Positions 9,966 to 20,378 of a stretch of 64,000 bases of DNA are shown piece after piece (positions within the stretch are counted from its first letter, which is position 1; each line of letters starts with the position of its first letter). The stretch lies in assembly GCA_035653075.1 (NCBI GenBank), contig DASRCN010000067.1, forward strand, positions 13,233 through 77,232. The letters run 5' to 3'. This DNA is from Chthonomonadaceae bacterium. Its GTDB lineage: Bacteria > Armatimonadota > Chthonomonadetes > Chthonomonadales > Chthonomonadaceae. Both the position numbers and the translations under genes were made by a program. Under the pieces are notes generated by a model. The model did not search any database. It was not told the origin of the DNA and saw nothing but the letters and a program-made list of their open reading frames with translations.

Positions 9966-11957
9966 ATGGATCTGACGATAGAGGCTGGAGTGCTGAATGA
10001 CTTTGCCGCCGCTTCCGCGCGCGAATGGCTGGTAACCAACGGTATCGGCGGCTATGCCTCCGGCAGCCTTTCAGGCGCCAACACGCGCCGGTATCACGGC
10101 CTGCTCGTCGCGGCGCTGACTCCGCCGACGGGCCGCATGACGCTCCTCTCCCAGCTCGACGAGGCGGTCACGATCGAGGGCGCCGTCTATGAGCTCTCCG
10201 CGAACCAATATCCCGGCGCGATCCATCCGCAGGGCTATCGCTTTCTGGAGAAATTCGAAGTCTATCCCGTTCCCACGTTTTCCTACCGTATCCGGCCGGA
10301 TATTTTGATCGAAAAGCGGATCTGGATGGCGTATGGGCGAAATACGACCTATATCCAGTACCGATTAGCGGCGGCGCCGGAGCCGGTCGCCTTGCGCCTG
10401 ACGCCGCTGGTCTGCTGGAAATCCTTCCACGCGGAGATGCATCCCTGGGAAGGCTTCCCGCTGTATCTCTCCGCCGGGCCGGGCGAGATGCGGATGCGCG
10501 CCACCTCGGATGCCCCGCTGCTGCGTCTGGTCGCAGGAAGCGCCGACTGGCAGCCGGCAGGCTACTGGCATGTCCATATCGAGCACGAGCGCGAAAGGGA
10601 GCGGGGCCTGGACTGGCAGGAGGACCTCTACGCTCCCGGCCATTTCCTGGCTACCGTGCAGCCCGGCGGCAGCCTGACGCTTCTTGCCACCATCGAGAAC
10701 GCTTGCGACACGCCGGAGCAAGCCAGAAACGCCCTCTTAAACCGGCAGCAGGAGCTGCTGGGCCGCGCTGACGTTTCCGACGACTATGCCCGTGCGCTCG
10801 TTCTTGCGGCCGATGCGTTTGTGATCGAAGGCGCCAAGGATGGTACGGCGGGTCCCAGGCGCAGCACGATCCTTGCCGGATATCCCTGGTTTTCCGATTG
10901 GGGCCGGGATACGATGATCTCCCTGCCGGGCCTCTGCCTTGCTACCGGGCGACCGGAAGTGGCCCGCACCATCCTGACCTCTTTTGCCGGCTTCGTCAGC
11001 GAGGGAATGCTGCCCAACCGTTTTCCCGATCAGGGCGAGACGCCCGAATACAACACGGTGGATGCGACGCTCTGGTACTTCCAGGCGATAATCGCCTATT
11101 GCGAGCAGGCAAAGGACGGCCTGGAGCTGGCGCGCGAGCTCTGGCCGGTGCTGAAAGACATCCTCGCCTGGCATGAGAAGGGAACGCGCTACGGCATCCA
11201 CGTCGATCCGCAGGACGGGCTGCTGCACGCGGGCGAGCCGGGCGTGCAGCTGACCTGGATGGACGCCAAGGTGGGCGATTGGGTGGTAACACCCCGTATC
11301 GGCAAGCCGGTGGAGATCAACGCGCTCTGGATCAATGCGCTCCAGGTCATGGCCGACCTGGCCGCTCGGCTCGGCGAAGACACGGCGGCCTATCGCAAGC
11401 GCGTGGAGAAAGCGGCCAAAAGCTTCCGCGCCGCCTTTGTGCGCTCCGACAAGCGCGGCCTCTACGATGTCCTCGCGGAGACAGGGCCGGACGCCTCTAT
11501 CCGTCCCAATCAAATCTTTGCTGTCAGCCTGCCCTATTCGCCGCTGACCCTGCCCCAGCAGAAGGCGGTCGTCAAGACCGTCGAAGAAGAGCTCCTCACT
11601 CCTTTCGGGCTGCGGACGCTTTCGCCCAAAGACCCGGCCTATCGCCCGCATTACGGCGGCAGCCCTGCCGAGCGGGACGGCGCGTACCATCAGGGTACCG
11701 TCTGGCCCTGGCTGCTGGGGCCGTTCGTGACGGCGCATTTGCGTGTCTACCAGGACGCAGACCGCGCCCGCGCCTATCTGCTGCCGCTTCAGGCCCATCT
11801 CCAAGAGGCCGGCATCGGATCTATTTCCGAAATCTTCGATGGCGACCCCCCGCACGCGCCGAACGGCTGCATCGTGCAGGCCTGGAGCGTCGCCGAAATT
11901 CTCCGCGCCTGGACCTTATCCTCTTCATTCCTTAATCCGCTTTTAACAATTGCTTAA
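9966..11957 (+). CDS. Glycogen debranching enzyme, archaeal/bacterial amylo-alpha-1,6-glucosidase type (GDE_N plus GDE_C)
   Basis: N-terminus ...WLVTNGIGGYASGSLSGANTRRYHGLL and the C-terminal (alpha/alpha)6 region (...TVWPWLLGPF...CIVQAWSVAE) match the GDE family. Confidence 0.85.
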   Translation: MDLTIEAGVLNDFAAASAREWLVTNGIGGYASGSLSGANTRRYHGLLVAALTPPTGRMTLLSQLDEAVTIEGAVYELSANQYPGAIHPQGYRFLEKFEVYPVPTFSYRIRPDILIEKRIWMAYGRNTTYIQYRLAAAPEPVALRLTPLVCWKSFHAEMHPWEGFPLYLSAGPGEMRMRATSDAPLLRLVAGSADWQPAGYWHVHIEHERERERGLDWQEDLYAPGHFLATVQPGGSLTLLATIENACDTPEQARNALLNRQQELLGRADVSDDYARALVLAADAFVIEGAKDGTAGPRRSTILAGYPWFSDWGRDTMISLPGLCLATGRPEVARTILTSFAGFVSEGMLPNRFPDQGETPEYNTVDATLWYFQAIIAYCEQAKDGLELARELWPVLKDILAWHEKGTRYGIHVDPQDGLLHAGEPGVQLTWMDAKVGDWVVTPRIGKPVEINALWINALQVMADLAARLGEDTAAYRKRVEKAAKSFRAAFVRSDKRGLYDVLAETGPDASIRPNQIFAVSLPYSPLTLPQQKAVVKTVEEELLTPFGLRTLSPKDPAYRPHYGGSPAERDGAYHQGTVWPWLLGPFVTAHLRVYQDADRARAYLLPLQAHLQEAGIGSISEIFDGDPPHAPNGCIVQAWSVAEILRAWTLSSSFLNPLLTIA

Positions 11958-12045
11958 TATTCTCTTTACAATCGATGACTATAATACTATAATGCTGGTG
12001 TCGCTAGACGATACACTCATCCCCAATTCTTAAAGGAGAAATGTC

Positions 12046-12909
12046 ATGAAGCGCCGTGCGTTCACCCTGATCGAGCTGCTCGTAGTCATCGCCATCATTG
12101 CGATCCTGGCAGCCATTCTCTTCCCCGTCTTCGCGCAGGCCCGCGAGAAAGCCCGAGCGATCAGTTGCCTCAGCAACCTGAGGCAGGCCGGCCTCGCCTT
12201 TGCCATGTATACGCAGGATTACGACGAGAACTGCCTGCCCCAGGAGGTGCATAGCCCGATCTCCCACGGAGGCTACTGGTATGTCCTCATGCAGCCCTAT
12301 GTCAAGAACTGGAACATGCTGCTCTGCCCCGATCGATCGGATACCGTATGCACCGAGAGCGCCGCGGCCCAACTTGGTATTCCGTTCTCGCCTCGCTGCT
12401 TAGGCTACGGCTATGAGGACGGCTTTATCAGCGACACCGGTTACGGTCTGTCGGAGACTTCCCAGCCCGATCCGGAGGGTTACACGATGCGTCCGGGCAA
12501 GGCTCTGGCGGCGATCTCGACCCCTGCCCAGATGGTGGCCTTTGGCGACACGTACGATAATCCCGGCTACTCGGTCGCGATGGATAATATCCTGAGCCGG
12601 CTGCCGGATGGCTCCAGCACCAAGGCCCTGCGTCACATGGGAGGAACCTTCAACTATGCGTTCGCGGACGGCCACGCCAAGGTGGTGCGCGTCCAGTCTG
12701 CGGAGTACAACGGCTATGGGCACGTCGGCAAGCCCGCCAGCGAGACCGACGGACTGATGTGGTGTTCCGATCCCAGTGTCACTCCCAGCTCGATCTTCCA
12801 AACCTACGACTGGGGAGGCGCCGGCAGCTATCCGATGCAGGATCCTACAGAGACGTGCCAGAAGGCGGTCAGCGACTTCTTCAGCAACCTGGTGACTGTA
12901 AACCCGTAA
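12046..12909 (+). CDS. Prepilin-type N-terminal cleavage/methylation domain protein with H-X9-DG motif (DUF1559 family)
   Basis: [47 protein letters not shown]... is the canonical type IV pilin-like N-terminus of the DUF1559 family. C-terminal ...[17 protein letters not shown] is the H-X9-DG motif. RBS AAGGAGA lies upstream. Confidence 0.85.
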   Translation: MKRRAFTLIELLVVIAIIAILAAILFPVFAQAREKARAISCLSNLRQAGLAFAMYTQDYDENCLPQEVHSPISHGGYWYVLMQPYVKNWNMLLCPDRSDTVCTESAAAQLGIPFSPRCLGYGYEDGFISDTGYGLSETSQPDPEGYTMRPGKALAAISTPAQMVAFGDTYDNPGYSVAMDNILSRLPDGSSTKALRHMGGTFNYAFADGHAKVVRVQSAEYNGYGHVGKPASETDGLMWCSDPSVTPSSIFQTYDWGGAGSYPMQDPTETCQKAVSDFFSNLVTVNP

Positions 12910-12922
12910 TCGCATCGCTTCG

Positions 12923-12959
12923 CTCCGCATCGCGGATAGGCTGAATCCGCGATGCGGAG
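12923..12959 (+). terminator. Perfect 15-bp stem hairpin (CTCCGCATCGCGGAT-loop-ATCCGCGATGCGGAG) immediately after the DUF1559 gene
   Basis: Inverted repeat seen directly. There is no strong U-tract, so this is either a stabiliser or a factor-dependent terminator. Confidence 0.35.
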
Positions 12960-13006
12960 CAAAATCGGTCGCTGACAACGTCGTCCTTCGGAGCGAAATC
13001 TACCCT

Positions 13007-13216
13007 ATGGCTCAGACACTTCGTTATGCACTTCTGGCCGGACTTACCGTGGCGCTCGTGGCTATGCTTCTCGGCTGTACGCATGCGGTGACAGGGCAGA
13101 ACGTGATGCCGGACAATCCTAATTTGTCGCCCGCGCAACAGCGGCAGGCCATGATCAAATGGCACCAGCAGCACGACAAGCCCGCGGCAGGCGCCACCCC
13201 TTCCGGTGGACAGTAG
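13007..13216 (+). CDS. Small putative lipoprotein (69 aa)
   Basis: Signal peptide with lipobox LLGC. Short and without recognisable family, so the call is weak. Confidence 0.3.
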   Translation: MAQTLRYALLAGLTVALVAMLLGCTHAVTGQNVMPDNPNLSPAQQRQAMIKWHQQHDKPAAGATPSGGQ

Positions 13217-14714
13217 TCGCGCTCGATCCTCTTACTCGCTCTTGCCTGCACGTCTTCTCTTCTGCGGTCTGCTGGCTCTGATAATGCTGGGCAGGCCGGC
13301 CCTCGCCTCCCCATCCTCTTCGTCTGCTCCGGCTTCGTCCCAGGCGAAGCGGCTCTTGCCGCTGAACCGCTTCCGCTGGTCGCGCCAGGCTCAACAAGAC
13401 CCGCAGGGCTTTTATTATCAGCCGGCCGGTCTCTGCGAGGATTATCCGACGGAATCGCGCACGCCTGAGAAAGTGCAGCGCGACCTGGAGGTCCTGCGGC
13501 AGGTAGGAGCCAGAATACTGCGGGTCGGCATCTCCTGGCTGGACACAGAACCGCGGCCGGGAAAGTACGACTGGCGTTTCTGGGACCTGCTCGTCGAGAA
13601 GACCCGGCGCGCCGGCGTGACTCTGATCCCCTACGTCTGCTACACGCCCCAGTGGGCGGCGCAGAGCCAGGACAATTTCTGGCGGCAGCCGCCTAAAGAT
13701 GTCCGCGCGTTCGGCCGGTTTATGTATGCCATCGCCCATCGCTATCGCGGCCAGATCCACTCCTGGGAGCTATGGAACGAGCCGGACAACCCGGATTTCT
13801 GGCTGGGCAGCGTGGACCAGTACGCCCGGCTGGTCGCGGAAGGCGCGCGGCAGGCGCGCCGGGCGGACCCGAAGGCTGCTATCGTCCTCGGTGGGATTTC
13901 CAACGAGCAATCGCCTTTTTTTCGCCAGCTTCTGAGCCAATACGCCATTACCCGCACGGTGGATGTTATCAACCTGCACGGCTACGCGGAGACCTGGAAC
14001 GCCGACCGGATCGAGGACTACCCATACCACATCGACGCGCTCGCTCACGATGTTTACGCGACCGGGCAGAAACCGGACCTATGGCTGGCGGAGTTTGGCT
14101 ACAGCGACTTCCGGTTTCCTGCCGGCCAGGGGATGTGGCCGATTTTCTTCGACTACGAGCACACGCGTGCCTACCAGGCGGTCGCGCTGATCAAGTCGCA
14201 CGTCATGGCGCTTTCCGCCGGCAAGCTTTCCTTGACGGCCTGGTACCGGATCAACGACCTTAAGCCGAACGTCGGCGTGATCGGCGACGAGAACAACAAG
14301 TTCCTGGGTCTTGTCGATGTGCAAGGCCATCCCAAGCCGGCCTACTATGCGTTCCGCTTCATCACCCGGCTTTTCGATCAACCGGTCCGCTGTATCGACG
14401 ACCGGGTCCGGATCGAAGCGCCTCCTCACTCCCAGAGCGAGGTCCACGTCTTCGAGAAGAAGAATGGGGAGAAGGTCGTGATCGGCTGGCTGCGCCGCCC
14501 GCGCCAGGGCGAGGTCGCGGGCGCTTCCGGCCAGGCGAAAGATACAAGGCAAGAGGTCGTCACGATCCGCCTGCCCGCCGGAATTGGAAGCCATCTAAAG
14601 ACCTACGACGCGCAGGGCCATCCCTTCCCGACCGGGGCAACCTGGAGCGACAACGCCTTGCGCAACGTTACCTTGACCGGCCCACTGCTCTTCATCGGCG
14701 TGCTAACAAAATGA
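13206..14714 (+). CDS. Secreted glycoside hydrolase, TIM-barrel (GH5/GH39-like clan GH-A)
   Basis: Signal peptide. Catalytic-type motif IHSWELWNEPDN (the NEP acid/base motif of clan GH-A) and ...LHGYAE... region. Start may be at a downstream Met. Confidence 0.75.
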   Translation: MDSSRARSSYSLLPARLLFCGLLALIMLGRPALASPSSSSAPASSQAKRLLPLNRFRWSRQAQQDPQGFYYQPAGLCEDYPTESRTPEKVQRDLEVLRQVGARILRVGISWLDTEPRPGKYDWRFWDLLVEKTRRAGVTLIPYVCYTPQWAAQSQDNFWRQPPKDVRAFGRFMYAIAHRYRGQIHSWELWNEPDNPDFWLGSVDQYARLVAEGARQARRADPKAAIVLGGISNEQSPFFRQLLSQYAITRTVDVINLHGYAETWNADRIEDYPYHIDALAHDVYATGQKPDLWLAEFGYSDFRFPAGQGMWPIFFDYEHTRAYQAVALIKSHVMALSAGKLSLTAWYRINDLKPNVGVIGDENNKFLGLVDVQGHPKPAYYAFRFITRLFDQPVRCIDDRVRIEAPPHSQSEVHVFEKKNGEKVVIGWLRRPRQGEVAGASGQAKDTRQEVVTIRLPAGIGSHLKTYDAQGHPFPTGATWSDNALRNVTLTGPLLFIGVLTK

Positions 14715-14865
14715 GATGCGCCATGATGTATGGAAAAGCGCGATGGAATGGTTTGGCGATGGACGCAAGTCCTTCGCTTTTAGGCGCTCCCTTCGCGAGG
14801 CGGGCGCAAGCGCCGCTCGCTCGTGTCGCGCCGGGCGTGCTGCGCACACGCTTTCCAGATCGATT

Positions 14866-14896
14866 TCTCCCCTCTGCTTACGAAGGAGAGGGGAGG
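14866..14896. repeat. C-rich/G-rich palindromic repeat, family B copy (TCTCCCCTCT-loop-GGAGAGGGGAGG)
   Basis: Seen directly. Same arm motif as copies at 4403-4452, 4566-4604, 24610-24643 and 42559-42610. Confidence 0.45.
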
Positions 14897-15033
14897 GGTG
14901 CGGTTCCGTTACCCCGCACCGATGGCGATCGGACTGGGGTGAGGTCCGTCCGCAGGACACCCAGCCGAAGGCTTCACAGCGAAACGCTGTAGTCCATCGT
15001 GAAGGCGTTTTTACCGGCAAATAGGGCAACTGG

Positions 15034-15804
15034 TCAGCGGCTCTCTGCCTCTGTTTCCGCCTCCACGAAAAAGAAAGGGTCTTCTTGCAGCTTCTGGACG
15101 CCCACGCGGTGCAGCGCCGGGGCATCTATGAGGTGGCACGAAGCATTTCCCACCGGGCCGGTACGCAGCTCAGCCTCGTTCAACAGCCCGGCCACCCGGT
15201 CGTACCGCTGCCGATAACCCCGGAAGTTGTGCCGGACGTAGGTCTTGCGGAAGACGTTGCCGTCCTGGTCGGTGAGGGTATATTCCCGCTCCGGCCCGAA
15301 CAGATAGGGCGGACAGACATACTCCTCGACCGCGTGCATGGTGGTGTTGGGCCGCAGGCCGCAGCCGATCATCAGGATCTTTCCGCCCCGCTCGATCAGG
15401 CGATTGAACGGCGAATATTTGCCGCAGGGCGTCGTGTCTCGCCAATGCTCTCCCAGCATCTCCGGAACCTGCGCTCCGACCGCACAGACGGAATGGGTAG
15501 GATGGAGGCTGCGCACTGTGCCCGAACGCGTGCGGAAATACTCGGTCAGAAAGCCCACGCAGGAAGGCGCGGTGCGGGTGTCGTGCAGGTCGGGCGGCTG
15601 CTGCTGGTACGTGAGGGCGGGCATGAGAAGGGTTCCCCGCGGTCCCAGCGCATCCAGCAGCGCGCCGATGATCTCCTCCGGGTCCGTGATGCCCAGAGAT
15701 TTGAAGGAGGAATGCACGAGAACGATGTCGCCGGCCTGCAGTCCGAGCGATTCTAATTGGGAGCGTAACAGAGTTCTCATAGATTCGTATCCGATCCACC
15801 ACAC
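15034..15804 (-). CDS. Aminoglycoside N3-acetyltransferase family protein, AAC(3)-like
   Basis: ...DIVLVHSSFKSLG...LLMPALTY...HAVEEY... matches the conserved blocks of the AAC(3)/YokD family. Confidence 0.75.
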   Translation of the reverse strand: MWWIGYESMRTLLRSQLESLGLQAGDIVLVHSSFKSLGITDPEEIIGALLDALGPRGTLLMPALTYQQQPPDLHDTRTAPSCVGFLTEYFRTRSGTVRSLHPTHSVCAVGAQVPEMLGEHWRDTTPCGKYSPFNRLIERGGKILMIGCGLRPNTTMHAVEEYVCPPYLFGPEREYTLTDQDGNVFRKTYVRHNFRGYRQRYDRVAGLLNEAELRTGPVGNASCHLIDAPALHRVGVQKLQEDPFFFVEAETEAESR

Positions 15805-16490
15805 TACTCGCGGCGTTCTTCACGTATAGGCTTAACGTCGATAGGGACTTCCTCGGCACGCACCGATTTCCATTCCACATCGAAGCTTCCTTCATAGCCG
15901 AACAGGGATCCCCATCGTGGGTTCGTCACATGGACGCTGATTCGGTATCTCTCTGCCCGATCGTCGTACCACTCGCAGACGTCGGCCACGCCGGAAAAGA
16001 GCATGGGAAAGCGAAAGCCGATACGGCCTTCATAGAAGCGTTGTTCACCGGAGCGCAGACGAAGCCCTTTCGTTTGCTCGTCTACGGAGAGATGAATGTC
16101 GACAGCCAGATGCTGATGCGTTCCCAGGTAGTCCACAATGCGTCCACGCTGCGAGCTGTAAATCATAGTGGCATCGAATCGGCGCTTCTTCCGGGTCTCA
16201 AACGTGCGTATCCATGTCACCGTTTCCCGGCCGAAGCGATCTACGTAGGCGTAATTCTGAATGGTGAAGGGAACGTTTCTGCCATATTCGGGAAACATGA
16301 TCCGCCGCCAGGTTCCTATGTAGAGGAAGGGCAGCGTGTAGAGCCGGCCATGCCATATCCGGTCCATCGTTCCGGTTCCGATCGCGGCGATCTTGTCCTG
16401 GCTGCTAAAGCCGAAGCGCTGCTGGATTTTGGGATGCAAGCGGCAGAAATCGGCTCCTAAAACCTGCTGATAAATCGAGGTCACGACCAT
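15804..16490 (-). CDS. DUF4166 domain protein
   Basis: N-terminus ...IYQQVLGADFCRLHPKIQQRF is the signature start of DUF4166. That family is commonly encoded next to DoxX-like/SRPBCC proteins, as here. Start assigned to internal Met to limit overlap. Confidence 0.65.
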   Translation of the reverse strand: MVVTSIYQQVLGADFCRLHPKIQQRFGFSSQDKIAAIGTGTMDRIWHGRLYTLPFLYIGTWRRIMFPEYGRNVPFTIQNYAYVDRFGRETVTWIRTFETRKKRRFDATMIYSSQRGRIVDYLGTHQHLAVDIHLSVDEQTKGLRLRSGEQRFYEGRIGFRFPMLFSGVADVCEWYDDRAERYRISVHVTNPRWGSLFGYEGSFDVEWKSVRAEEVPIDVKPIREERRE

Positions 16491-17389
16491 TTCTCCGGCC
16501 GTCTGCGGCGACAAGACCGGGCGCTAGGCAGATCGTGCGCCGACAAGAGACCGATACCCGAAAGAGACGCCATCGCCAGAGTCAGCGTCAGCGGGTTAAA
16601 CGGAGCGACAAAGAGGGACGGCTGGCTCCACAAAGCTCCTGCTCCGAATAGGACCAAAATCAGAATGTTGAGCGCAAGCAGGAACCGAGAATGCCAGCGC
16701 CAGACGAGCAGGCAGCCGAAGAGAATCTCTCCCAGGCCGATCAGATTCAGAACCGTCGTCTCCCGCCCCCCAAACAGGCGCGTGTGTTGGAGAAGGACCA
16801 TCTCGCCGGTGTCGTGGAACAGCAGCTTGGGAAACAGGCCCTGATAGATCCAGATGCAGGCCAGCGTTACCCGTGCCAGGCCGTAAAGGACGCTCCGTTC
16901 CAGCGCGGCGGTCGGATCGACGTTTCGTTCCAGCCAGAGGCGCAGCCGGTCGAAACTCCAGGCGGTGGCCCATCCCAGCAGAGGACGAAACAGCAGGCGG
17001 TCTATCCAATGCCCCGGCCAGCCGAAGCGTGTTTGATAGTTGTATTGCGTGAGGAAGCGAATGCCTTCGGAAGTCGGGACATACTGCCAGTAGCCGGAAC
17101 CTTCGCGAATGAGCGAGCGGGGATCGTCCGACCAGAATTTGAGCGCGGAGGTACGGCAATCACTGCTGTCTTCCCGGCTGCCGACCGTTTCTCCTTTGCC
17201 GCGGATAGTCATCCCAAAGCCGATGCGGGTGGCGTAGAGAAACTGCTGGGGCTGTGCGGCGTCCGGACGCGGAAGATAGTCGATCGTGCTGAACCGTAAA
17301 TCCCAGCGCGCGTGAACGTTCGGGTTCTGCGTGTATTCCCAGAGTTTATCCATATCCGTGCGCATTAGGATTTCGACATAGATGCTCAT
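16481..17389 (-). CDS. SRPBCC (polyketide-cyclase-like) domain fused to DoxX-like membrane domain
   Basis: N-terminal roughly 150 aa soluble SRPBCC-like domain. C-terminal four predicted TM helices (LYGLARVTLACIWIYQGLFPK..., ...LILVLFGAGALW...) typical of DoxX-like proteins. Confidence 0.6.
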   Translation of the reverse strand: MSIYVEILMRTDMDKLWEYTQNPNVHARWDLRFSTIDYLPRPDAAQPQQFLYATRIGFGMTIRGKGETVGSREDSSDCRTSALKFWSDDPRSLIREGSGYWQYVPTSEGIRFLTQYNYQTRFGWPGHWIDRLLFRPLLGWATAWSFDRLRLWLERNVDPTAALERSVLYGLARVTLACIWIYQGLFPKLLFHDTGEMVLLQHTRLFGGRETTVLNLIGLGEILFGCLLVWRWHSRFLLALNILILVLFGAGALWSQPSLFVAPFNPLTLTLAMASLSGIGLLSAHDLPSARSCRRRRPEKWS

Positions 17390-17494
17390 GCTTGCGTCCC
17401 CCGGATGTTCTCTATAGGAGCTATCCTACCCGATCTCCGGACGGTTCCTGCTTTGCGGCGCCTGTGCCTTCCAGCCTATACGGAAAACCTGCCG

Positions 17495-17560
17495 GTCGTT
17501 TTAGCCGGGCCATGCATTACCCGCCTGCGGGGCACTACCCGTTGCCCTGCGGGCGGGAAG
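17495..17560. repeat. Dispersed intergenic repeat, family A copy (GTCGTTTTAGCCGGGCCATGCATTACCCGCCT...GCCCTGCGGGCGGGAAG)
   Basis: Near-identical 5' module to the copy at 41424-41492. Related copies lie at 26377-26470 and 48852-48940. Confidence 0.5.
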
Positions 17561-18227
17561 GTCTGGGTACTCGTAGTCCTGTCCCTGGCTACTCCTTTGC
17601 GCCCGCCTGCTTGAGCATCTGGAAACCGACGAGATCGAAATCCTGGCCCTGTCGGTGCTGTTTGCCTGCCCGATAGCAGAGGAATGGAGTCCTGCGAGAG
17701 TGCCACCCATCAGCAAAAGAAGCGAGCCTACGATCAGGCGAAGGTGTTTCATGATAATACTGCCTCCGACTATTGACAGTATACGCCAGCTACGTTACGC
17801 TATCGTTACAACACCGTTACAAGTCCGCCTGCTTTCCCGTCCGGTAGGACGGTGTGTCTTTCCTGCCGGGTCGTTTATCGGCCCGGCATAGATGGGCCAG
17901 GGATAGAAGCCTGGGTCCTCCCCTTCCAATCGCCTAGCCCACCCCTTACCCCATCCAATCGCCGACGCGTTCCCCATTCCCTGCGAATGGAGTGAGCGTA
18001 GCAGGGAAGGCAGGGCCACCAGGCCTGTGGTCAAGTGAGGGGTCAGGTAAAAGCGGGCCCAGCATTAAAACGATGTTAAAAACGGGGAAAATTCCTTCCC
18101 ACAGCGCCTTCTTTTGGAGGTATACTGTTGGGGTTGATGGCGATGGAAACGCCGTCTAAGATAACGGCCTCCGCCGCCAGAGACAGTATCAGCAGTTTCT
18201 CCGATGATGGCTCGCGCAGGAGGCGCC

Positions 18228-20375
18228 ATGCCGACCGGCCAAAAAGACCCGGCGCGCGTAATTCCCAGTACAACCCATATGAACGACAAGGGCGGCTTGA
18301 GCCTGGATGACCCGTTGCAATATCTGAAAGGCGTCGGGCCGCAAGCGGCGACCGTGCTCGGCAAGATCGGCCTGCGCACGGTAGCGGACCTGTTGCGCCA
18401 TATCCCCCGCCGTTGGGAGGATCGGACCAACTTCCGGCGGGTGGCCGACGTGCGCGGCGGCGAGATGGTGACCGTCCGCGGCGTGGTGATCGCCGCATCC
18501 ACCAAGTATCCCAGGCCGCGCCTGCAGATCACCGAAGCGCTCTTAGACGACGGCGGCTGCGCCCTGAAGCTGGTCTGGTTTAACCAGCCCTACATGGAAC
18601 GGACCTTCAAGGGGCTGGCGGCCACGCGCCGCCCGGTCGTCGTCTATGGGCTGGCCCGGCGCGCCGGCTGGGGCGTGGAGATCCAGAACCCGGAGTGGGA
18701 AGAGCTGGGCGAGGACGGCGACACGCTCTCGTCCAACCGCATCGTTCCCGTCTATCCCGCCACGGAGGGCGTGCGGCAGGGGCGGCTGCGGCGCATGGTG
18801 GATGCCGTGCTGCGCGCCTACCTGCCGCTGATCGAGGAGACGCTGCCCCCGGACGTGATCCGGCAGCACCGGCTTGTGGGCGCGCGGGAAGCGGTGCGCA
18901 ACATCCACTTCCCGGACAGCCTGGAGGCGCTGGAAGCGGCCCGGCGAAGGCTGGTCTTCGAGGAGTTTTTTGTCCTGCAGACCTTGCTGGCGATGCGCCG
19001 CAAGGCCCACAGCCGCGAGGCGCAGGGCATCCGATTTCAGGTTTCGCTGGAGCGGCTGCAGGAGGATCTCCAGCAGATCGTGCCGTTCACGCTGACGAAC
19101 GCGCAGCAGCGGGCCATCGCCGAGATCGCCGCCGATCTCTCCAGCGGGCACGCGATGAACCGGCTGCTGCAGGGCGACGTGGGCAGCGGCAAGACGATGG
19201 TGGCGCTGGCGGCCATGCTGATGGCCGTGGAGAACGGCTATCAGGCGGCGATGATGGCCCCGACCGAGATTCTGGCCCAGCAGCACGCCATCGTGCTGCG
19301 CCGCCTGCTGGAGCCGCTGGGCCTGGCGGTCGAGCTGTCGCTGGGCAGCCAGACGGTCAAAGAAAAAGCTGGCGTGCGGGAGCGGCTGCTCGGCGGGCAG
19401 TCCCGGCTGGTCGTCGGCACGCACGCCCTGATTCAGGAGGGCGTCGAGTTCGCCCGGCTGGGTCTCATCATCATCGACGAGCAGCACCGCTTCGGGGTGC
19501 TGCAGCGGCAGGCGCTGCGCAAGAAGGGCGAGCGCCCGCACGTCCTGGTGATGACGGCCACGCCGATCCCGCGAACGCTGACCCTGACGCTCTACGGCGA
19601 CCTGGACGTCTCGCTGCTGGACGAGCTGCCGCCAGGCCGCAAGCCGATCACGACGCACTGGAAGCCGCAGGACAAGCACGCCCAGGTCTATGCCGGGGCG
19701 CAGCGGCTTCTGGAAGAGGGCCGCCAGCTCTACATCGTCTGCCCGCTGGTGGAGGAGAGCGAGAAGCTGCAGGCCAAAAGCGCCACGCAGCTCTGCGAGC
19801 ACATCGCCAACGAGGTCTTCCCGCAGTACCGGGTGGGACTGCTGCACGGCCAGATGCGCTCGGATGAAAAAGAGGCGGCTATGGCCCGCTTCAAGGCGGG
19901 CGACCTGCACGTTCTGGTCGCCACGACGGTCATCGAGGTGGGCATCGACGTGCCCAACGCCTGTGTGATCGTCATCGAGGACGCCGACCGGTTCGGGCTG
20001 GCACAGCTCCATCAGTTGCGCGGGCGCGTGGGACGCGGGGAGTACGCCTCCTACTGCATCCTGGTCGCCGATCCCAAGACCGAGGACGGGCGGGCGCGCC
20101 TGGAGGTGATGACGGCCACCCAGGACGGTTTCAAGATCGCCGAGGAGGACTTGCGGCTGCGCGGTCCCGGCGAGTTCTATGGCACGCGCCAGAGCGGGAT
20201 GCCGGAGCTGATCGTCGCCGACATCGTCCGCGACATGGACATCCTGACGGAGACGCGGGAGACCGCGTTCCGTCTCGTCGAGTCGGACCCGACGCTCTCC
20301 CGATCGGAGCACCAGCCGCTCCGCCGCGCGCTGCAGCGCACGGAGATGGGCGTCGAGCTGATCAGTGTGAGCTAA
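18228..20375 (+). CDS. recG: ATP-dependent DNA helicase RecG
   Basis: Wedge-domain N-terminus (...LQYLKGVGPQAATVLGKIGLRTVADLL...). Helicase motifs I (GDVGSGKT), II (DEQHRFG), VI (QLRGRVGRG). Start is uncertain among Met codons at 18204, 18228 (AGGAGG RBS) and 18279. Confidence 0.9.
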   Translation: MPTGQKDPARVIPSTTHMNDKGGLSLDDPLQYLKGVGPQAATVLGKIGLRTVADLLRHIPRRWEDRTNFRRVADVRGGEMVTVRGVVIAASTKYPRPRLQITEALLDDGGCALKLVWFNQPYMERTFKGLAATRRPVVVYGLARRAGWGVEIQNPEWEELGEDGDTLSSNRIVPVYPATEGVRQGRLRRMVDAVLRAYLPLIEETLPPDVIRQHRLVGAREAVRNIHFPDSLEALEAARRRLVFEEFFVLQTLLAMRRKAHSREAQGIRFQVSLERLQEDLQQIVPFTLTNAQQRAIAEIAADLSSGHAMNRLLQGDVGSGKTMVALAAMLMAVENGYQAAMMAPTEILAQQHAIVLRRLLEPLGLAVELSLGSQTVKEKAGVRERLLGGQSRLVVGTHALIQEGVEFARLGLIIIDEQHRFGVLQRQALRKKGERPHVLVMTATPIPRTLTLTLYGDLDVSLLDELPPGRKPITTHWKPQDKHAQVYAGAQRLLEEGRQLYIVCPLVEESEKLQAKSATQLCEHIANEVFPQYRVGLLHGQMRSDEKEAAMARFKAGDLHVLVATTVIEVGIDVPNACVIVIEDADRFGLAQLHQLRGRVGRGEYASYCILVADPKTEDGRARLEVMTATQDGFKIAEEDLRLRGPGEFYGTRQSGMPELIVADIVRDMDILTETRETAFRLVESDPTLSRSEHQPLRRALQRTEMGVELISVS

Positions 20376-20378
20376 ACG

